DNA of 64,000 bases from Chrysomallon squamiferum (GCA_012295275.1 CM022665.1:1364001-1428000); one strand, 5' to 3'. Counted from the stretch's first letter, positions 1-57,053 are shown. Program-made: numbers and translations. Notes: generated from the letters alone by a model not told the origin.

Positions 1-227
1 TCAGTACATACATACATGTCATTAATTACACCTTGCATAGTTTTTGAAGTCATTTGTCTATCTGGTAATTCATTATGCAAACTTTAATAATTAACAACTG
101 TGAGAAAACCCTACCTCAGTCCGCATAATGACAGCTTAATAAGGAACACGCCACCAAGACAGTCCTCTCTACTGCGATTTGAAATCTTTTGTTTGTAATA
201 TTATTTGCAGATTGCACTGATGTGGAG

Positions 228-17025
<16,798 letters not shown>

Positions 17026-17402
17026 CTATTAATTCAGCTGACAGTAACATAATTATAATTTGATGTGTTAACAGAATTCAGAAATCAAAACATCTTTATA
17101 TATCTACCCACTTATATTTTACAGATTGTTTTCTATATTAGAAATTGAACTTGTCATGAATAAACATATGTTTTTAGTTTGTTTGTATGTGTGTGTGTGC
17201 ATGCGTGTGTATGTTTATTAGACTGAATTGTAGGTTTTTCTTTTTTGTATAAATCGGGTATATCATGGTACCATACGATACCATGTAGAACAACAACACT
17301 GACAAAAAATACAAAATGTGTCTTTCTATTTGTATATACATTCTGTGTGTTGAAATACGTGTGCATCTCTGTTAATGTATTATTTGTAAACTGAAAACAA
17401 AA

Positions 17403-17408
17403 AATAAA
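17403..17408 (+). terminator. Candidate annexin polyadenylation signal AATAAA
   Basis: AATAAA ~380 nt after the stop, preceded by TGTA elements. Such hexamers are common in this AT-rich DNA. Confidence 0.35.
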
Positions 17409-18322
17409 ACGCAACTCAAATGCCCTACAACAGCCTTTTATTAATTTATTTTAACTTGACAGTTATAACAGATGACACGAATTAAAAAACGAACCAACAG
17501 AAATCTGTTGCCATGGGTGGGATTACGTGAAAAGTATACAAGATGAAATCTTGTAAATAACATCTTTAAAAATGTAAGTACAAGGATTCGTTTAAAGCTT
17601 TTCATCTGCTTATCAAGAAAATAAGTAATATTTATTGTTCTGGCAGTAAATGGCGCAGTTATTTATCAACATTATACTGGCAACTTTCAGAATTATAAAT
17701 CGTCTATAATTTACAAGAATAATTTTGTGTTAATTTAAAGTTATTTTTTTCTTTGTTTTTGTAAGTTAAAATAGTAATAGTAGTAATTATCATTTTAAAT
17801 GGCAGCTGAGTGTCATTATAAGCATATTAATAATAAAAAAGAATAGTAAATTAATTTTACTTAAAAGTCAATCAATATATTTTCAGTAGTATTAAGTATT
17901 TATTGTTTTTGTTATTTCAAATATGTTGTTAATAGTATTGTCCATTTTTACGTTGTGGGATCTTCAGTGGGAAACAAACACAAATCTAGTCTAACTATAC
18001 AATATTGATATATACAGTAAATCTTGTATAGTAGCGACACCATTTCTGTCTTATGTATAGACAATCATTTCAAACCATTTGTTTTAATGAAACCCAAATA
18101 CAGGTGTCTGTAAATACAAGTTTTATTGCATACAGTTAGATAAATATACAGGTCATATCTTTATGTATACCACTTTTTATACAAGAAACAAACAACACTT
18201 TTGAAGCTGTTATTAAAATATGTGACGTTTCAAAGCTTTAGAGTAGGAACACAAAGCTAAAATATATATCTGCTGATGGAATGTTGGAATACAATAAGCT
18301 GTATCTTTATTAATGAGAAAAC

Positions 18323-18324
<2 letters not shown>

Positions 18325-18407
<83 letters not shown>
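18325..18407. repeat. (GA)n microsatellite, between the genes or in the PC2 3' UTR
   Basis: Directly visible. Confidence 0.96.
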
Positions 18408-18409
<2 letters not shown>

Positions 18410-20609
18410 TTTAGGATAAAAATTAAAACAAAACAATAATAGTAATTAATTACGTACAAAGTATAACTGACTTGTATGCAAGCCGTAAATTCACAACTAT
18501 GGCTACTTGTCATTAAAATAATATACAGTAAGGGAATAGGAGCTAATACAAGATTCCAGTATTCGAAAAAACAAAGGTAAGATTAATTAAAAAGTGATCA
18601 GATTTCAGAAAAATGAAATTACTGAATTTTACTTTATCTTGTTTACCTGGTAGGTAATAAGGATTTGTAAGACATTCTCAAGATATTCAGAAACAACAGA
18701 ATGGACTCTTATTCTAAAGAAGAAAGAAAAAGAAGAAAAAGAATGAAATCATTTTTTTAAATGAGAAAAGGAAACGAAGAAATGAAAAAAAAAATCTGTG
18801 AACATCATTATATAAAACCATGTTCAAAACTACTAAATCCACCCAACATAATAGGATTACAGTAGATAAGCCGACATGTATTAGTCTAAATGTAACTTAT
18901 GGGCAGTGTATTCAAACTTAAAAAACAATATATTTTGTTGTTTTTTTGTAAAAGCTTTGTGTCAAAAGATATAGATTTTTATTTTTATTTTTGTTAAAGT
19001 TTTGATCGTTCCTTGTATATTTAACTACATGGCACATTTATGTATGAAATATTTTGATAAACACAGCCTGTATGGTGAGCCTTCACTATAGTGCACTGTA
19101 ACATAGAAGTGACAACGTTTTGCAGATACAGTAAATCTGTACACAAAAATAACATCTTCAACACTGTAACAACATAGCAAAAATAGCTTACTGCCAGTCT
19201 AACGCCGAGAACATCTACTTATCTGCAGTTTGCACAGACAAAAAACGCATTTAAAACTAACATTTTATAACTCTTTATTTTTTTCTTATTTTATAAATTA
19301 ATTTGTCGTTTTCTTTTTGTTTTTAGTTTTGTTTTTATTTTTGTCTATCATTATATAACTGCATCTTGATATGCATCAAATAAGAAATGATTACAATTCT
19401 CGCTTTGAATTTATTTTGTGAAAGAAGATTAACTTTATTTGATCTTTAAATTTTAGATAAATTTATAATTTCTTGATTCACTTTATATTTTGCTTTCTGC
19501 ATTTTGGTTGTTACTTTTGGGAATCATTATTTCAAATGGTTAGCAAATGTAAATAAAATCATTGGTAAACTACATTTTTTAGCAAAGATTATCATAAATT
19601 TCAGAATTCATCAAGAACGTGTCTTTAATTTATAATAAATAAAATAATAAAATGTTAATGAATCTGTTTTTTGGGCTTAACATTCTGTAAAACTGTAACG
19701 TACTTCTCATTAACCATTCATTGTTGTTGTCCATATACTGGCTTGTGGATTTTTGCCTTTTCAGAGTAATTGTATCAGATTAAATATACCACCTCAATCT
19801 AATTTCAACATTGTAATATATTCCCCTTGGGATAACATTTTATTAATTATTAATTATTAATTATACATGTAATCAACCAATATTTGGTTGTTGTATATTA
19901 TCAAAAAAATAGTTCATTTGTTCAGAATATTATATAACTTGCATGGTTTAGTAACTTTTGTTTTCACTATTACTCTGGGTGCAAAATAAGATTTGTTTCA
20001 GTTATTTTCATTCTGTTTAAAGTAGGCTGTAAGGTTTATAGCATTACTTAATGTTTTTAATTAAATATTTTTAATTATAAATTTTCTGGTATTTTCTTAT
20101 ACATTCATTACAATAAAAGAAAACGCTATGTCCCTGTTTAGCATGAAATGAAAACAAATTATGTATTAATCTTCAAAAGGTGACCATTTAAGTAATGAAT
20201 ATTCCAGAAATCAGTTTTCTTCTTACTATTGTTAAGGTGGAACACACACAATATGACGCATACTTAATTTTCTATATTTGATTGCAGTTTCAACATTTTT
20301 TAAAGAAAATATTCTTGATTCTAATAATGTAATTAAATTTTAGGTTATTACTCTCTGAAACTGTTTATAAATTTGAGTTTGATTTTAGATCTTTATGAAT
20401 GAAATGGTCCTGTAATGTTTTTTTATTATTTCAATTAATAGTCTTATGTTTATAAAATAATAATAGAAAAGGACCATAAATAACTAAAATTTAGTTTGTA
20501 GAGCAAATTTTGCCTTCGTTACTGGCCGAAAAAATACATCTGCGACATACTACTTAATAGATCACATTGTGACCAAGATAAAGTCACACGACGTCTGCAT
20601 TTCCGGCGA

Positions 20610-45682
<25,073 letters not shown>

Positions 45683-45891
45683 TTCAAGCCGTCAAGAGGT
45701 TAAGAAGAGGGGATAGTATTAGTGTCTTTTTGTTTCCAGGTTGGTGCGCCTCTTACGTTATAGTTCAAATACAATTTCTAATAATCCCCGTTACCAACAG
45801 AAGTATGCACTGAAAACGCTGTTGAAATTATTTCTGTCTTCCGATAGAGGGGAATGCTGCTATGGCGCTCAATCGATATCAGTTTTAGCAC

Positions 45892-45911
45892 CACGTGATG
45901 ATTTGACGTCA
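45892..45911. promoter_or_regulatory. PC2 proximal promoter motifs: E-box CACGTG and full CRE TGACGTCA
   Basis: CACGTG at 45892-45897 and TGACGTCA at 45904-45911, ~210-230 nt upstream of the ATG in a locally GC/CpG-richer segment. An extra half-site ACGTCA lies near 46135. Confidence 0.55.
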
Positions 45912-47766
45912 CATCCGTGTGAATCAATATCGATTATCTGCGTATTCTTGAATCCGTGGAACAAAATACAACAAAGACTGGCAAAGCTGAAGCTCCGAAA
46001 ATATTAACAGCCGACAATGCCAAATAAGCAAACTGGCAGCTAGGAAACTCACTGCTACAAATATCTCAAAGGGAGCTCGCTGTTGTTTGGATCCGGTTAG
46101 GTTGTCATAGTGCAAGGCGTGTTAATTGCTGACCACGTCACAAACTTACAAAGGATGGGAGTTTATCGAATAAGTCGATTCATAAAATTCAGTAAAAACG
46201 AGTTGCCATAATTATGGCCTAATTAAATGAAAGTACAGAGGTTTTGAAAATACTTTAACGTTAGAGTTTACTGATGACAAATGACTAATTTATTTATTTA
46301 TTTATTTTCTTTGTTTATTTGGTTTTCTTTTTTATGTGTCATTTTTTTTTAACTGTAATTTTCTTCATTGTCTATGATTTTTCGTGAAAATCGAAAACAA
46401 AAAAAGAATTGTTCATTTTTTATGCTATTCCATCCCTTGTAATATACTTTGATCTGCTGTTCAAAACAATAATTATAAAAACTAAAGACTATTTCAGTTT
46501 TATCTAATATGTGAAAATATTTACTAATATGTTGTATGCGACTCATTGCGTTTGAAAAAAAAAATGTTTTGCAAAAACCATTTCTGGATCATACTGAAAA
46601 ATTGGCTGACACAGATTAAACAATTCCGTGTGCGCTAGACCATTACTAAACTCCCCAGAGAAAACTGTTTACACCAGGTGCCGAGTTAGCCCATTATCAA
46701 CTAAACGATATATTTCTTAGAAAAAGAAAACAATCTCGAGTATTTTATAAATTTATTTGTAGAATGCATATCTTTAGATGTAGATCCTGGATTTCCGAAC
46801 TTAACGTGAAAACTAGTATGAAATCACCTGCATTATAAAATATTAGTAAATGATGAAGTTGGTAAAAATAAATAATATTCTAAATTATACATAGGTTTGA
46901 CACTGGTGTGAAAAATTGAAATTTGACATTTTTCGCAATAAAATACGTTTAGTATCAAAAAAGGATTTTGGCATGAAGAATCCAGACGATGTCGATTTAG
47001 AACGAAAGGACACGTTTCTGTGATGCAATATATTAAATAATATCACTGAAAAATGACGACAATTTTCATATGTCACTGATGATATTTAAGAAGTCTGTTC
47101 AGTATTCTCACAAACATTTGGATTTCACATTTAAACAAATAAAGAAGACTCCTGTGGAATTCAAAATAATTGTCCCAGTATTAAAATTATCACGAATGAA
47201 TTATCATAGATTAGCTAAATTCTCTGCTTATTTAGAAAAATAAAAATAAAAATAAAAACTTCGAAATGTCACTCACTGTTTTTTAAACAGAACACACTGC
47301 AGTTAATATTTCAAGAGAACGATTTCACGGTCTAAGAAAAAATAACCATGAAAATAAACATAGATACTAAGACATATTGTCAGTTGTATAAAAATGGTAG
47401 GCAAGTAGATTAAGTCAAAATGCAAAAGACAAAACAAACACACAAACAAAAATCTCTTTTAGTCATAACTGTCATGATATATTACCAAGTAACTGCAACT
47501 GTGAATGCGTCGCTCTGAGCTGTCGGTTCACTTAATCTCTTACTTGACCTGGCGTTTTCAGTACCAACCCATTGAGTGCTATATCGACCAACATTCTCTC
47601 GCAGCCAGTCACCTTAATCTATTGCGAAGAAGTTGACGACACTTTTAATACCGCATTGTAACCGTATTTCTGTTTCCATTTATTCCTGAGTACTTTGACA
47701 AAATGGATGGATCCCAACGTTTAGAACCGGGCAAAAGGTAAAAAAAAAAAAAAAAAAAAAAAAAAC

Positions 47767-47775
47767 AGAGAGAGA

Positions 47776-47856
<81 letters not shown>
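47767..47856. repeat. (GA)n microsatellite
   Basis: Directly visible. Confidence 0.95.
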
Positions 47857-47859
<3 letters not shown>

Positions 47860-50800
47860 AGAAGAAAAAGGTTAATACCAAAGAAGTTTAATGATTTTTT
47901 AATGTTTTGTTTTCTACAAGAAATAAATGAAACGAATTAATATTTGATTATACCTCAGTACATTTTAATATTCGTGGTTTCTTGTGACATGATTATGACG
48001 TTGATATATGAGAGAAAACCACTCTTCACACCATTTCTATCGATTAATATGGGAAAATTTTAAAAAACATTTCAAATCCCTACCCAGTGTAGAAAACCAC
48101 ATGCCATGCTATTTAATGTACTTAGAACGACATGCAACTCAATGGGTCAAACTGATTTGGATTAAGCTATGGAGTCAGAACTCTCTCATCAATTTTATAG
48201 TTTATTCTTATTTATTAAAAACAGTTAAGGTGCTGTGCTGTTAATTCTGTTGGTTTGTTTACTAATCTTTAGTGTTATCCTCGGATTCATTTCACTAATG
48301 TTTCTTTTTTTACATTCATTCCTTGATTTGTTGTTTTAATTTCACTTTGGTCGATGTTTTGTTTTTAACTTGGATGTTTCCTTTCATGATGTGTGCCTAT
48401 AATATGAATAGATTATTCTAAACTCATACATCATTAATTCTTGTCAAAGTCAGTAATTCATGTCAAAATTGATTCATTTATTTTGACCACTCGAGCAAAG
48501 AAACGTGTTTTTATTCTCACCCGTTATGTCCAGTGGGTCACTCTGGAAGACGGAGAAAGCTGTCAGTGTTTGAAGATTAAGGTTATGTCTTACATGTGGG
48601 TGGCATATACATTAACACTTAGAGCTTGACTCTCAGATGTTTATATTCTCTTCTTCTTTTTTTCCCGTTTTATTTTCTTTTTAGTAAAATATTATTCTTA
48701 TTTTTGCAATGCTTTACTGATGTTTATGTTATCGACAGAACATTTTCCGAAATATTTATTTTAAAATATTCTAAAATTAAGTAGACATTTCTTCTTTATT
48801 GATATTTATTTATAGAAATAATTCACTGAGACAAAAATAAAATATATGGGAATATATATTTAGAACGAAAAACTATTAATAACACTAATCTAGAAATAAA
48901 AGTAACAATATGTGATTAAAAAAGAAATAATAATAACAACAATAATAATAATAATAATAAAAAGGCACTGGAAAACGAAAACTGATTAATGAATGGAAAT
49001 CAATAGCAATTTAAATATATTCACCAAAATAAAAATATCTTACAGGATTTTCCAAACGGTAGTAATCCTGTATGCTGACCTCTCGTAGGCGACTTTTTCA
49101 AGAAGTGAACTTTTCATTAGCGCTAATGGCACTTGACATACACAAAGATTTCCTGACATTCAGAAAAGGGAAATATAAGTTAGTTGCACTTTTCTCTATA
49201 ATACTGGTCTATATATAAAGTTGATCACATCAGTAAGCTTAACTTTAGACTTTCGTTGATTTTTTTAAATTAGTTGTGAGAAAAATATATCTGAAAAATT
49301 ATACCCGTAATGCTCTATTTTAATTTAATTATGCATGTTTGGCCTTAGGATGAATCCAACTTGGTAGTCCTACTGAACAGGTATAATCTGTGACGCCATT
49401 ATTTACAAAAAGATACTGTTTTTAAATATTCATTCATTCATTCATATATAGTTTAGAGAAATATTAAATTCTAAGTCATCCAGATATCTAGCCATAATTT
49501 TGTATTTAAATCCGATTTCACTCGAAAATGAAATCGGAATTAAAAATAAACAGATATATAACTTTTTATGACAGAAATATATTAATGGTTATTTATAGTC
49601 TTCGCTAACTTTCATATGCTTTATATCGCTTACAAATCTTAGGAGTAATGATAATAACGTTATAGCACTGAAAAGCAGAATAAATAAAACTTCATGGAAG
49701 CTAGAGAGATTTAGCTCACTTATTCTCTTTTTATCTATGTTCATTTGTGTGTTTATTTGTGTGTATGTGTGTGTATGTGTGCTTATGTGTGTATGTGGGT
49801 GAGTATGAGCGGAGGAAATATATGCGTACAAAATAGAAACGCTTCCCGATGGGTTTTGATGGATTGTTTTTTTTTTTTTTTTAAAACCCAGCTACTGTCA
49901 AAAAAAAAAAAAAAAAAAAAAATGAACATGTTGTTTCCTGAATTACCAAAGCTGAGGTTTAGCATAGACGTAACTTTCACGTACCGCACTGGTATCGTCT
50001 TTTCTCACGATATTTCTTTGAAACGGGAAAGCCTGTACGTACGTATGCATTTCCGTATCGTTATAACAATTTTTGGAAACATATAAAGGGTGTCTTGTTT
50101 TTATGATTTTCTTTAATTATATTTGCACAGATCTGTGCTGCTTAAGTTGCACTTTCTTGCATAGTTTTCACATAAATGATCGACAAAGACAGATCCCCTT
50201 TTCTTCTAAAAAAAAGCCGTTGTACCACAGCCTCAATGAGGTTACGATTTCGGGTGCTAAATTCAGACTAATAGATGGAAATCGAAATAACGCTATGCAA
50301 ACCGTATTTGATATTTTCTTAATAAATAAATAAAGACAAAGGATATCTTTCTTAATACGTCAACGTTCATAACAAAATGTATTCATTGATTCGTTCATGC
50401 AGATAGTGGTAAGTAATTATAACAATTAAGTGCCAACCTTTTATTAATACTTTATATATATATATAAAATTCACCATTCCATTAAGTAGAATGAAGGGCT
50501 ATTTTGTCGATCTATTAAGAGGTTTTTAAAATATGTAATTAATAATATAGAATTGCTATAGTCTTGTCCTGCATTATAATGGATTACCAAACTTATTTAG
50601 TCAGTCACCAGTGGTTATTGAAAATGTCTTGTACATTGGTTTTTGAATTTTGAATGCCATACTCAAAATTCTGTTCTGGTATTCAACCTTGAAATACATC
50701 TATCTATATATATATATATATATATATGTATATCTAAATATATCTATCTACGCGCGCTCGCGCGCACACACACCCACCCACACACACACTCACGTATTAT

Positions 50801-52114
50801 TTTAGACTCAGGCCTTGGATTAGCTATGATTACATCCTAGTTTGAGCCACTAATTTCGTGGATATTTTGTTATTATCAGTCTTCCAGATCTGCTAAATGC
50901 GCTAAAAAAAGTACAGTGACTAACAAAAGCAGCATGACACTCTCGTAATGAGTCCTGAAAATCGTATGCGAAATTTTGACGTGGGATTTGAATTCTGCGA
51001 TCAGGAAAAGGAATAATTGGGAAGAAGCAGATGTTTTGCTGTATGCGGCTATCAAATGTCAAAGGAAGTAGGCATAATTATTAGATAATTATCGCCAGGA
51101 AAATGAAAACTATTAAAAGGCAATTTTAATGTCTATGAAATATATAAAATAATTTTAAATTTATGTAATTAAAAACCCCAGTTAATGGTATTAGTCTTAT
51201 TTTTAACGGGTATTTATACACTGTCAGCAGTCTCTTTTAAACAGGAATCTCTGCTTCTTGGTAGAAAGCCAACAAATGCTAGCATTAATTACTTTTTAAA
51301 ATCAACAACAGTTAGTCGAATTATTACAGACTGATTTAGCAGTTTACAGTTTACAGAAATAATACACACTGATTAATTAGAGAATATTGGACTAATTTGC
51401 AGTGATGTTTTAGTAATAAACATTAGTAACCCATGAAATACCTTATCACAATGCTTCTGTATAAATACTGTACATAATATCCTAATAACAGATAATGGTA
51501 TTACTGAACAACTATGTTTACAAACCACAAGTATGATTCATAATTTTTTTTTCTCAGCTTTATATGACTGATATTGTCGATATAAAATTTCTATTCGAAG
51601 ATAAAAGTATCTTTTAAGTAGAGGCTAAAAATGAGGAAGAATAAAATCTTTTATCAGTGAATATTCAGCGAATGTATCTCTTGTTTTTAACCTTTATAGT
51701 GTAGCACTATTCTTCTCTCTCTGTTTCAATAACTCTATTGCTTTGTGCCGTGATTTCATGTTTCTCTAATCTTGGTTTTAAGCAAATCGATTAGCTGCTG
51801 TTGACACATTTTTCTCTCTTCTGAACTGAAGTGCACACTCGAAAATGCTGGCACGTTTTACTTTGGACAAATATGTTAATACAGACACAGTTCCAGAAAA
51901 TAATATTTTCAGAGTGCTGTCTTCACTTTAACTCCTTGTACTGGCTTCATTCCGAAGTTAGAAGTTTGTTTTGAACACTGATAGTATTCCTGGCAACTTG
52001 ATAATAATTTCCAAAATTAAACGCCTCGAGCAAGCCGTCCGTCTTCTATCGTTCATGATAATTCAACATTTGGCAAGTGTAAACATTATTTAATTTTTAG
52101 CACTTAAAACTGAT

Positions 52115-52172
<58 letters not shown>

Positions 52173-53662
52173 TGATGATGATAATGATGGTGATGATGAT
52201 GATGTTCATCATAATAATGTTGATGATGACAGTATTACTATCTATTTTTTTTCTTTCACTTTATTATTATTAGTAATTATTATTCTTATCTTTTTAAAAC
52301 TAAAAATGTACATAATTCAAGATTAATATTTTCATTCAGCTGGTGAACATGGATATGACCACGATTTTGAACAACCGACATTACAAAATAATTTGTTCAT
52401 TTTTATTACTTGCCGGAAACAAGTTTTCTTAAAAGCAGCTAAAAAGAGTTAATGGTCTGTTATAAGCTGTCTAAACTGCGTATTGGCAAATACACTGTTT
52501 TTTGTTATTTTATTATAATATACTCTGTAGACATATATAGTCAGAGACAGTAGTCTGCTGAAAGGGTTTTTTCGAATTATATACATTCATCTTCAGTTTT
52601 ACTTCACACTTTTATAGCTGATTCTTTTTCTTCTTTTTTCTTTTTTCTTGGTATAAACATATTAAATTATCCATATCTGGAACCCTACAAATATAAAACA
52701 CACACATTTTATCTATCTGTCTGTCTGTGTCTTTCCTATTCAGACTGAATGATTATAGTTATTAAATAAATACATACATATGGCCAGTAGCAGAGAAGTT
52801 TGACCCGACAAAATTAACATTCTTTTCAAGGGAAAATTATCGATTAATACAATAATGACAGAAAATAATGAGATCATTAAAAGTCCGTGCAGTATTAGAT
52901 AATCTCAAAGATAACGTCTCCTTCACACATAACAATTTTGTTCGCCAACAAGTAGAATATTAGTAATATAATCGAATTATTCCGAATGTTGTAAACAAGT
53001 TTTTGAAGGCGTGGACTTTAATGAAGACAAGAAGCAGAGTTATAGAGTTTTCCTTTGTGTAAGGAAAAGGGATTTATGTGATCATTTTATTGATTCGTGG
53101 CAGGCTAATTGTAATATTTGTGTTAACATCTGAGTTCAGTTTTGTCCTTCTTATCCGAGAGTATTGTTTTACAGCAAAACCTTCATTATAATGCACAACC
53201 AAATTTTATAATATAATAAAAAATGTAGACGAAGAAACCTTACTTCAGCATGGGTTAAGTTCCACCCGATATCGAAATTATGAAAACCTATATTTTTTTT
53301 TATTCCCTATCATATATGTATTAATAATAATAATAAAAAAAGCCCAGTTAGTGAACTTCATAAGTTTGAAAAACAAGCTTGGATATCGAAACATTTTAGA
53401 TAATAAAATAGGTTTGTCGTATTAAAAGACAGCATAATTATTGAACTGAGAGCATAGTAGTAATATAAAGTCAATAAATAACTTAATTATGTTACAAATA
53501 GTGTCCATCTTGAAAAATGATATATTTCACTGAAATTAATATTTTGCGGATGACGAACGATTTTGATTCCTTTATAAGCCAAACCCATCATTAGAACATT
53601 TACCAGAACTTTTTATTGCTTACATATACTGTAATGAATATTAATATTATTATTATTATTAT

Positions 53663-53694
<32 letters not shown>

Positions 53695-54300
53695 ATAGTA
53701 GTAGTAGTAGTAGTAGAAGAAGTATTGTTGTTGTTGTTATTATTATTATCATTATTATCATTATAATTATTATTATTATTATTCTGTCTATGTCTCAAAT
53801 AATAATATTTTGCGGTAAAAATAAATTCTGTAAAATCTCCTGCACTGTGACCCTAATTCTAATAACTTCCCAGCCAGTATTGAATAAAGCACAAATTTTA
53901 TCTTCGAAGTTAATCAGATTGTGATATTCAAGGATTTTTCGAGGTCCGCGTAAAAATAACGTAAAGATAAATGAGTATTTGAGAGGAATAAATACTATTA
54001 TAAGAAAAATTAAATAAAAGTTAACGTAAAGATAATGAAGTATAATAATAGATTCTAGGCAGGTAGCTAATAGGCGATTAAAATTAATGAATATGAAAGC
54101 GTACGTTTGACATGTTCTGATAAATATATTATTAATGATCATTAGGAGTCAAACGTATATATCTGTGTAATTAATATACAAGAAAGGACACTATCTTGAG
54201 CCATTCCACTTGTACCTTCCCAAGAATTAGAAAAACAGCTAGCATGAGTTTTGATACATCAGTAGTGGGGCAGTGCGAGAAATAAGAATATCTCGAAAAA

Positions 54301-54374
54301 TGTAACAAGAGGGGTCGATCTTACTTTTCTGTGGCTAACGAGCTTAAGTAATGTAACGACTGAGCTACCGCCAC
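54301..54374 (-). pseudogene. Degenerate tRNA-like sequence / tRNA-derived SINE head
   Basis: Minus strand GTGGCGGTAGCTCAGTCGTTAC...GATCGACCCCTCTTGTTACA has an A-box-like TAGCTCAGTCG and a B-box-like GATCGACCC over ~74 nt, with a wobble-paired acceptor stem. Confidence 0.4.
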
Positions 54375-54985
54375 ATTCTGTAGGGGGGTATCGGGGGAAA
54401 AAACACAATAATCGTTTACTTCACGTGTTACCTCGCCGTGGAAGCATCTTTGTTGTGTTGTGCTCGCGTTTTGTGCAGTATTTTGCAATATTTTTTTTCT
54501 GACCATTAATCCTAAGAAAGTGAGTGCAAAGGACAGTGCTGAGAAGAAGAAGCAGATTATGTCCATTGAATTAAAGCCTGAATTCATAGAAAAACATGTA
54601 GTCGACTTGGCTGGGCAGTACGAGCGTAGTACTTCTACAATATGTACCATATTGAAGCTGAATGAGTCGATAAAGGCTATAATTCCAGCCAAAGGCGTTA
54701 AAATAATTTGTCTGATCTCCAAGATAAATACACTTTACAAAACCAATTTATTTCTTTACATTCACTTTTATTTTGTTTTTATAACAATATTTCTTATTTA
54801 AAAAAAAAACACGTTACAAAAAATAAAATAAAATAAATAAATAAAATAAATTTTAGTGGTTTTGGGGGGCCGGAACGGATTAATGGTATTTCAATTAATT
54901 TCAGTTCGGAAAATTGATTTGATATACGAGCAAATTGAGATACGAGCTCGGTCACGGAACGAATTAAACTCGTAAGTCAAGGTAC

Positions 54986-54990
<5 letters not shown>
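54375..54990 (+). mobile_element. Internally deleted Tigger/pogo (Tc1/mariner superfamily) DNA transposon remnant
   Basis: CENP-B-type N-terminal HTH peptide PKKVSAKDSAEKKKQIMSIELK...VVDLAGQYERSTSTICTILK...IIPAKGV and a Tigger-like right end ...aaactcgtaagtcaaggtaccagtg. Left TIR not found. Confidence 0.8.
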
Positions 54991-55030
<40 letters not shown>

Positions 55031-57053
55031 GAAGAAATTTCATGTCGAATGTAATACGTGAAACACATTAAGGATTACATTTCCAGTGGTAACATAGCAA
55101 CACGGTTTTCACTCCGTTAAACACTGTTCGTGTAAACGTCTAACATTTAGATATCTTCTATTTTTATATTCATTAACTTCCAAATCACGTAGGTAACAGG
55201 AAGCGTGCAAGAAGCTGGCTCTAAAGCGTCTTGTTGGATTGTTTAATGCTATCAAGTCAAAATAAATCTGATTAGCAATCAGCCTGGTTTTGTCTGAAAC
55301 AACTGATATTTTCATTAAGATTTAACCATTTTAATTTTCGTTCATTTGGAAAGGAAATTTCTGTAATTAATGTATGATCGTAAACAATCAATACAAATAG
55401 AAGGAAACAATGAAAACAACGAAAAAATAAAACAGTAAGTAATCATCAACAACAACAACAATAGCAGCATTTTGTTGATGTTGTTTCTGTTACTGTTATT
55501 ATTATTATTGCTGTTATTGTTATTATTATAATAATAATTATTATTATTGTTGTTGTTTTTGTTGTTAGATTATCATCATCATCATCATTATTATTGTTAT
55601 TATTAATATTATTATTATTATAACAACAACAACAGCAACAAAATAATCCCCTAATAAAAATTATGAATTAGGATCATTAAATTCATCAGCAGTACATAGT
55701 CATTAGAAAATAACAGATTAATCAGTTCCTACTACTATCACCACAATGAATAGGACAAAAATAATAAAATAGTTTTCATAATTTGTTCTAATATTCGGAA
55801 CCCTTCTCTCGTTAGCATATAAAAGTCATAAGAACGTTTTATTGAAATAAATAATGTTATAAAAGGCCTCATACACATCACAACAGCCACCTCTAGGTTT
55901 TGATAAAGATAAAAAACAAAACAAAAAAACCCACCTAATTATCAATCATGATAAAGCCCAAACCTTTGGCCCACCTTGTAAAGTACAAAGTTTATTTTTT
56001 GTTTGTGAAATTACCAGGCAAGGAAAGACAACCTTTATAGTCGTAATAGGCATGGGCATATATGGATTCTTTGGTTAAGTAGGGCAGCGGGGTTGACTTG
56101 CCTGAAATTTTACACAGACAAAAACTCAAGAAAATTTAAAATAGACGTCGTCTGTTTTTTGTTTTTTTTCGATTGACGACACACAGCTAGCACAAATAAT
56201 ATCTTAAAAGATATGTTTGTTAATTTGTTAATCATTTGTTTATCCGATTTTTGTTTCTTCTCGCTTTGTTTAAATCTTACGCACTGTTTTGCACGAATTT
56301 TGGAGTACGGCTGCCCTTCAACCCCCTGCGAATCAGACATCTCATTCATTTAACATAATATAGAGTTAGCTCCTATAACTGTCCTATAACTGTCGATCTC
56401 TTACTTTTTGCCGAATTTTAAGCAGATGGTATATTATCTAGTAGATCTCATCTGTATCCCGTAAATTGAAATGTATTTAAATTTAGTCATTTACAAATTT
56501 CGTAGATGGAATATTGAACAATTAAAAACTCATATCGAACTTTCGGATAAATATCATGCTGTTGGGAATATGTATAAATGTGTGTATGAGTGTGTCTTTA
56601 TACCAAAACTTACATAAAGTTTTATCTTTAGAATGATCGATTCAGTTTGTCTTTAGATTAACGAATCCGCTGATATTCGTATCTCACTGCCACTGCATCG
56701 GTTAAAGAGGTTCATGTCTCCTTTAGCTATCGATTACACTGGAGATAGGGAGGTTCAACGGAAATTAAATCACGAAAGAATTCCTGCAAAGACGTCAGAG
56801 ATTTTCAAAGGACTTTTCTTCTCTAATAAAAGCTACTAAGCATTTAATAGAAAACTAAGAAGGGTCGCTGACATCGAGCTAACAGACTTTATTATTTTAA
56901 AGGAATTTTGTTTGAATAAATAGTGCTAGGAACTGATGATGAAATAATGATAAACATAACAATAGTAACAAATCAGAAAAAAATAATTTAGTTACAAATC
57001 AATGCATGTGTCTCAGATGACATGGAGACAAATATAAAGAGGAGCATGATAGC

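Noticed and set aside
46200-54300. Additional gene upstream of PC2
   Set aside because: No run of phase-compatible exons or protein motifs found by eye; small or non-coding exons cannot be excluded
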